Of a stretch of DNA of 64,000 nt, positions 58,164-64,000 are shown in pieces. Position numbers and translations under genes: made by a program. The first letter of the stretch is position 1; each line of letters begins with the position of its first letter. Source of the stretch: Takakia lepidozioides (taxonomy: Eukaryota > Plantae > Bryophyta); assembly GCA_030704615.1 (NCBI GenBank), contig CM060731.1:24304001-24368000 (forward strand), in the 5' to 3' direction. Below the pieces are notes generated by a model. It made no database searches and was not told where the DNA came from. It saw only the letters and a program-made list of their open reading frames with translations.

Positions 58164-61100
58164 TGTCGCGGCCCTTTGCCTTGAGGGCAGGGGGTCGGGA
58201 CACATGAGGGGTTGCCCCTGTGGTGGGGGCAGTGGCAGCGATAGGTACGAGGGGCTAAAGCACCCTTGAGTGCCCAAGGCACTCAAGGAGGCGGAGGTGC
58301 TCACTAGGTGGAGCCCCGCACACCGAGATGCGGTGGGGGTGGCTTCACAAAGGGGTGGTGGTAGCTTAACGGGACTTAGTGGGGGTGGCATAGGACTCAC
58401 CTTGGGGCGGAGACCTCGTGGTGGGAGTCGTGGGGAGTCTTGGGACTCATCACGGTCCATAGGGGCCGTGGTGGGTGGGCCAAGACTCACTGCGACTCAT
58501 CACCGGGAGTCGAGGGTTTTCGTGGTGGTTCGCCATAAAATGGCATGGTTGTTTGTGAAACCCCCGCGGACAGCTACAGAAGTATATATAGGGAGTAGTA
58601 ACCCCAAGAACGGTGCAAACCCGTTGGTGACCAAAAACTAGTGAGTAAGCGAGCGAGCCGGAAAGCGACCAAAGAGTAGGGAGCTGTTCCGGACTGCCAA
58701 CTACCAAAGGGAATTCCCGCTGGGCCCAAATCGGTGGAGGGTTCTTTGGGAGATCAAAGGGGGACCGTTATGCCCCGGTGAGCAGCCGAAGCTCCAAGTT
58801 GGCCCGGCGGCCAGGTTGGGAGTTAGGCGCGCGCATCAAAGCGAGTAACTATGACTTGAAGGGGAGCTTACCGAAGTGAGGTGCGCGACACTTGGTATCA
58901 GAGCTTAGAGTTCAGTACGTGATCGTCCTTGGGATTGGCCTCATCATGGGGTCGGGCAAGCCAAAGCGAAAGCGAAAGCAGAACGGCCCAAAAGATGATG
59001 ATACTGGTGAGCCCGATGGGGGCGACGTGTCACCGAGGCGGCCGTTTGAGGAAGCAATGCATGTTTCCGAAAACGAGGTCGCTCAAGAGCGGGAGGAATC
59101 CGAGGAGTCGGAGCCCGAGGAATCCTTGAGGGCTCCGACCGACCAACAGATGCCTTCCATGCCGGCAACCTTTTGGGAAGGGTTGTTGGCGCAGTTTGGC
59201 GGGACGCTGAAAGACGTGTTGAAGGCGGCTAATGCCACTTCCACTAAGGCAAAGTTTAAGGTGAAGCCTAAGGAACCCGACACCTTTGAGGGCGTCCAAA
59301 ATTGGAAGGCACTCAACATCTGGCTCCTGAAGCTAGAGCAGTACTTCCGGGCGGCCAAGTTGAGTGACGAGGATCGGGTGGAAGTGGCTCCCACCTATTT
59401 GAGGGGCTATGCTCAACAATGGTGGCAAAAACGCCTTCACGACCGAGGTCCAAGCCCGGAAACCTTGAACTGGAGTGGGTTCAAGGAATTGATGAAAAGA
59501 CAGTTTGTGCCCCTCAACGCGTCCTGGCTTGCCCGGGACAAGATGAGGAATTTGAAGCAAACAGATGACATTCGGGGATATGTCCAGGCTTTCAATGTGC
59601 TTTTGCTCGAAGTCACGGACATGGCAGAACCAGAAATGGTCTTCAACTTTGTGGCGGGACTGGCCCCATGGGCCAGGCGGAAGTTGGAAGAGAAGCCACC
59701 TAAGACTTTGAACGAGGCAATTGAGAGGGCTGAATGTTTCTCGGATGTCCCTAGGGGTGAAAGACAAGGCCGTACGGAGCTGAACCACAAGAAGACTCGG
59801 CGGGAAGGTGACCCCTTCCGACCGGAAAAGAAGTGGGATAGGCCACGCGGCGACAATGGCACGTGGAAATCGAAGGGAGGGCCTTCACACGTCAAGGCGG
59901 TACCCGGTGCTTCGAAAGGAAAAGCGGGTGGAGCGGCTTATGGCGGACAAAGACCACCTTTGATGGAGTGTGTTTCAATTGCGGGGAGCCCGGGCACATG
60001 GCCAAGAAGTGCACAAAACCTCGACAATTGAACATGACTCGGGCAACCACGGAGCTGTCGGAAGATACCATCAGTCGCTTGGTGGAAGCGGTGGTCGCCA
60101 GGACTTGCAAGGTAGGCAACTATTCTTGTGCGTTGTATCAGGAAACTGGCGCCCTACGTAAAGGGAGTTAGTTATTGTTTGTGGATGGGATAATATCCGG
60201 AACTAATGTGTCGTTGTTGGTGGACACAGGAGCGTCGCACTCCTTCATGACGCCGGCGGCGGCGCAAAAGTTGGGACTCCCGACAAGTGACGTGGGGGCC
60301 TCTATTGAGGTGCGTTCTGCCAAAGGAGAACCACAACTGGCGACAAGGTTGGCATTTGATGTTCCTCTTCAACTGGGGAGTTGGGAGGGACGTGAGAACT
60401 TCACCATCTGTGAGATCGATGGAGTGGATCTCATTTTGGGGATGACCTTTTTGAGCAAATCCAGAGCGGTCATAGATGGCCGCAAGAGAGTAGTCACACT
60501 GCCATGTGGGAATGGTGGCGAGGTCTTACGAGTGTCAGAAATGCCCAAACCCGTGGGAGGGCGAATAAGCCTTCTGTCAGCAAGGAAGTGGGCCGTGGAG
60601 GAGGCACACGAGCCCCAGTTTTTGCTCTACATTAGAGAAGTGAAGGGGGAAGGCGATGGGGAGCCGAGCCCAGATTGGATCAAGGGGATTTTGGAGAAAT
60701 ACCAGGATGTGATGCCGGAGGATTTACCAAGCGGTTTGCCACCGCGAAGAGGAGTTGACCACAAGATTGAGGTGATACCGGGATCGGAACCGCCTGCCAA
60801 GGCGCCCTACCGGTTGAGCCACAGAGAGTTGGTCGAGCTGAAGACTCAGCTCAAAGATCTAATGTCAAAGGGGTACATCCGGCCGAGTAAGTCACCTTAC
60901 GGAGCCCCGGTGCTATTTGCAGATAAAAAAGATGGGACGCTGCGGATGTGTGTCGATTACAGGGCTCTGAATAAGGTGACTATCAAAAACCGGTACCCTT
61001 TGCCAAGGATCGACGACCTTTTCAATCGGTTGGTAGGAGCGAAGTATTTCAGCCGGATCGACTTGCGCTCACCAATGCACCAGCGACATTTAGCACGCTG

Positions 61101-64000
61101 ATGAACAGCCTTTTTCAGGAGTGGTTGGATGACTTTGTGATCGTGTACATCGACGACATCTTGGTGTACTTGAAAACAAAGGAAGAGCACTTGGAGCACC
61201 TTAAAAGGGTGTTCCAAATATTACGGGAAGGGAAGCTATACGCCAAAGCTTCAAAGTGCGAATTCGGGGTCACAAAAGTGGAGTTCTTGGGGCATGTGAT
61301 TACACATGATGGGATCAAAATGGATGACAGAAAGGTGAGGGCGATCTTGGACTGGGAGCCTCCGACTTCGGTCCCGGGAGTGTGATCCTTCCTAGGACTC
61401 GCCTCCTATTACCGGAAGTATGTGAGAAATTTTGCCAAGATCGCGGGGCCGCTGTCGGACCTTCTGTGTAAATCCAAAGTCTGGGTATGGAACACCTTTT
61501 GCTGAATTGAAGCAGCGGATGGCGGAAGCTCCAGTCTTGAAAATCCCGGAGTTCGATCGTCCGTTCGAGATTCATACGGATGCGTCGGACTTCGCGATTG
61601 GGGGTGTACTTATGCAAGATGGACGTCCAGTGGCTTACGAAAGTAAGAAACTAAATGAACTGGAGCGATGGTGGCCGACGCACGAAAAAGAGATGAAGGC
61701 AGTGGTGCATTGCCTTGAGCTTTGGCGCCACTATGTTGGTTCCAACCCAGTGAAGGTGTTCACGGACAATGTTACGGTGAAGTATTTTGCCACGCAGCCC
61801 AAGTTGTCCCCAAAACAACTTAGGTGGCAAGATACTTTGGCAGTGTTTGACATGGATATCCAGTACAAACCGGGACGTGACAATGTGGTGGCCGATGCTT
61901 TAAGTAGAAAGCAGCAGCTCATGTTGGTGTACAAGGGCGAGACTGCGCTCCAAAGGAAGATCCGGAAGGCTTGCCGGAAGGATGAGCTGGCGAAGTCCGT
62001 GATGCAGGACTTGAGGAGGGGGGTTAAATCGCAGTTCCACTTGCAAAATGGACTGCTCCGGTATAAGCAAAAGCGTCTCTACGTGCCGAAGGGAGGGATC
62101 AGAGATAGTCTCTTGAGAGAATGCCATGATAGCCCGCTTGCGGGCCACGGCGGAGCCAAGCGCACTGTGGCACTCTTAAAGAAAGAGTATTTCTGGCCCA
62201 AACTGAGGGAGGAGGCAGAGGAGTATGTCAAGACATGCACCACATGCCAACAAAACCGGAGCGAGTACAAAAAGCAAGCGGGGCTGTTACAACCCTTGCC
62301 GATTCTAGAGGGGACTTGGGAAAGCGTCTCGATGGATTTCATGACTGCTATGCCGCTGTCAAAAGGATTCGAAACAATCATGGTGGTGGTGGATAGGTTC
62401 AGTAAAATGGGCCATTTCATCCCCACCAAGGAGACGGCAACGGCGCAGGAGACAGGGCGACTTTACTTCGCCCACGTCTTAAAGCATCATGGAGTCCCGA
62501 AGGATATTGTCTCGGACCGCGATCCAAAGTTTACGAGTAAATTTTGGAGGACACTTTGGAAGAAGATGGGGACAAGGCTGAAGATGAGCACCGCCTTCCG
62601 ACCTACCACCGACGGCCAAACGGAAAGAGTGAATTCCGTAGTGAAGCAGATCTTGCGGAATTACGTGTCGGCAGACCAATCAGACTGGGTGGAACACTTA
62701 GACGCGGTAGAGTTCTGTTATAATAACACAAAACACTCCGCAACGGGAGTTTCCCCTTTCGTATTGGTCTATGGAAAAGCACCTCTGGTGCCGACAAGTT
62801 GGGCTGCCCAGGACGTTGAGGAACCGGCAGTAGCGGCGGTACAGGAAGAACGCGAGCGTTTGTTGAAGCTCGCAAAGTACAACATTGCCAAGGCTAGGAA
62901 ACGGTATGAAAGACAGGCGAATCGGAAGCGGAGGGAAGTGAAGTTTGAGGCAGGCACGGAGGTCTGGTTGAACATCAAGAATTTCCGACTACCTCCGGAA
63001 GTGAGTCCAAAGTTCGTACCTCCGTATGCGGGACCCTTTCGCATCCGGAAGGTTATGAATGAGGATGTGTATGAATTGGAGTTGTCGGCAAATAGCAAGG
63101 TGCATCCAGTATTCCATGTCTCCCTTTTGAAGCCTTACTTCAAAGATGAAGCGCGTCCGAATCGGCATCAAGTGTTGCATCCGCCACCTGTGCTGTTGGA
63201 TCATGAAAATGAACCTGAGTACGAGGTGGAGGCAGTACTTAAGTCGAGGAGGTTCAAGAACCGAGAAACGGAGTATCTCGTCAAATGGAAGGGCTATCAT
63301 CATGTGGAGGCATCTTGGGTGCGTGCCTCAGAAATGGGAAACGCATCCGAGGCGGTTGCAGTTTTTGAAGGGCGACCTCAAAAGCGGAAGAAGCGTTGAT
63401 GGGGACATCAACCTTGGAGCGTGGGGGAGGAAATGCATGCTTAGCCCGGCTTAGCTAGCTCAGGAATCTGATTGCAAAAACTTGTATTGTACAAAAATTT
63501 GTTATAAAAGAAATGGGTTCCAAATGTTGTGCGTCCTATTTTGTTTGGAATGGTGATGCATGGTGTGGTTGGCTAGTGTGTAGAATGCATGCTAGCTTAC
63601 AAAAGTGGGAGAGGTAAATTGGGTTAATCGTGTGATTGCGCAGTGCCGAAATCGGGTGACTCCCATCCAAGGGGCAAGGAAACATGCACTTTCTTTGGGA
63701 GTTCACGTGCTAGTGCGCACCTTGCGCGTGCGCGTACTATAACTGCGCTACCGAGGTAGTTGCCTTATAGTGCGGGCTAACGCGGAAGCTACGTGCTTCC
63801 ATTCACGTACTATAATCGTGTAGCCTTGGGACGAAGTCGTAGTGCGGCTTCGACGTGTTCCCGTACCTCAGGCCAACATTCCAAGACGGACCCAATTGTA
63901 GTGATTGGGACGCACAGTTGGTTCAAGGTTATCTTCCTAGTCAAAGGGGGTTCGAGGTGAACCCTTGCGCAAGGTGATGCCAGAAGTGGCATCATGAGCG
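58164..64000 (+). mobile_element. Ty3/gypsy chromovirus copy B; 3' end lies outside the window
   Basis: 5' LTR 58164-58890 (TGTCGCG...CGCGACA), PBS TGGTATCAGAGC at 58893-58904, gag-PR-RT-RH-INT-chromodomain. Confidence 0.95.
58946..63399 (+). pseudogene. gag-pol of copy B with frameshifts, stops and an RT deletion; integrase with GPF motif and chromodomain
   Basis: ORF pieces 58892..60031, 60175..61101, 61101..61385 (YIDD), 61432..63399 (SMDF, SDRD, TDGQTER, YAGPF, YEVEAVL...YLVKWKGY...SW). Confidence 0.92.

Overview
Eukaryotic DNA, most likely a non-seed land plant: spliced host genes, many PLS/DYW-type PPR remnants and nested transposons. No prokaryotic operons, rRNA, tRNA or CRISPR. From left to right: (1) a minus-strand Ty3/gypsy chromovirus (1-3827). 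(2) An 11.4-kb Ty3/gypsy element (3894-15326) whose polyprotein carries a DNMT3-like C5 cytosine methyltransferase and a C-terminal PHD finger; it appears to self-prime. (3) A putative 20.7-kb Mutator-like DNA transposon (15458-36197) carrying a spliced beta-class N4/N6 DNA methyltransferase, a ParB/Srx-domain gene, about 30 copies of a 28-30 bp palindrome and PPR fragments. A young non-autonomous LTR element (17821-25804) is nested inside it. (4) PPR/DYW pseudogenes. (5) A LINE interrupted by a canonical LTR element that carries only orphan ORFs (41246-46928). (6) An R3HCC1-like gene and the farnesyltransferase alpha-subunit gene. (7) A second chromovirus copy (58164 to window end). The most striking structural observation is that two unrelated LTR elements share a circularly permuted A-internal-B-A-B layout. 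Their integrated TG...CA ends and 4-bp target duplications come from an internal palindromic CA-NN-TG site, not from the PPT/PBS-defined ends, as expected if a 2-LTR circle was integrated through an internal attachment site. All calls were made by eye from motifs and repeats; no database search was possible.
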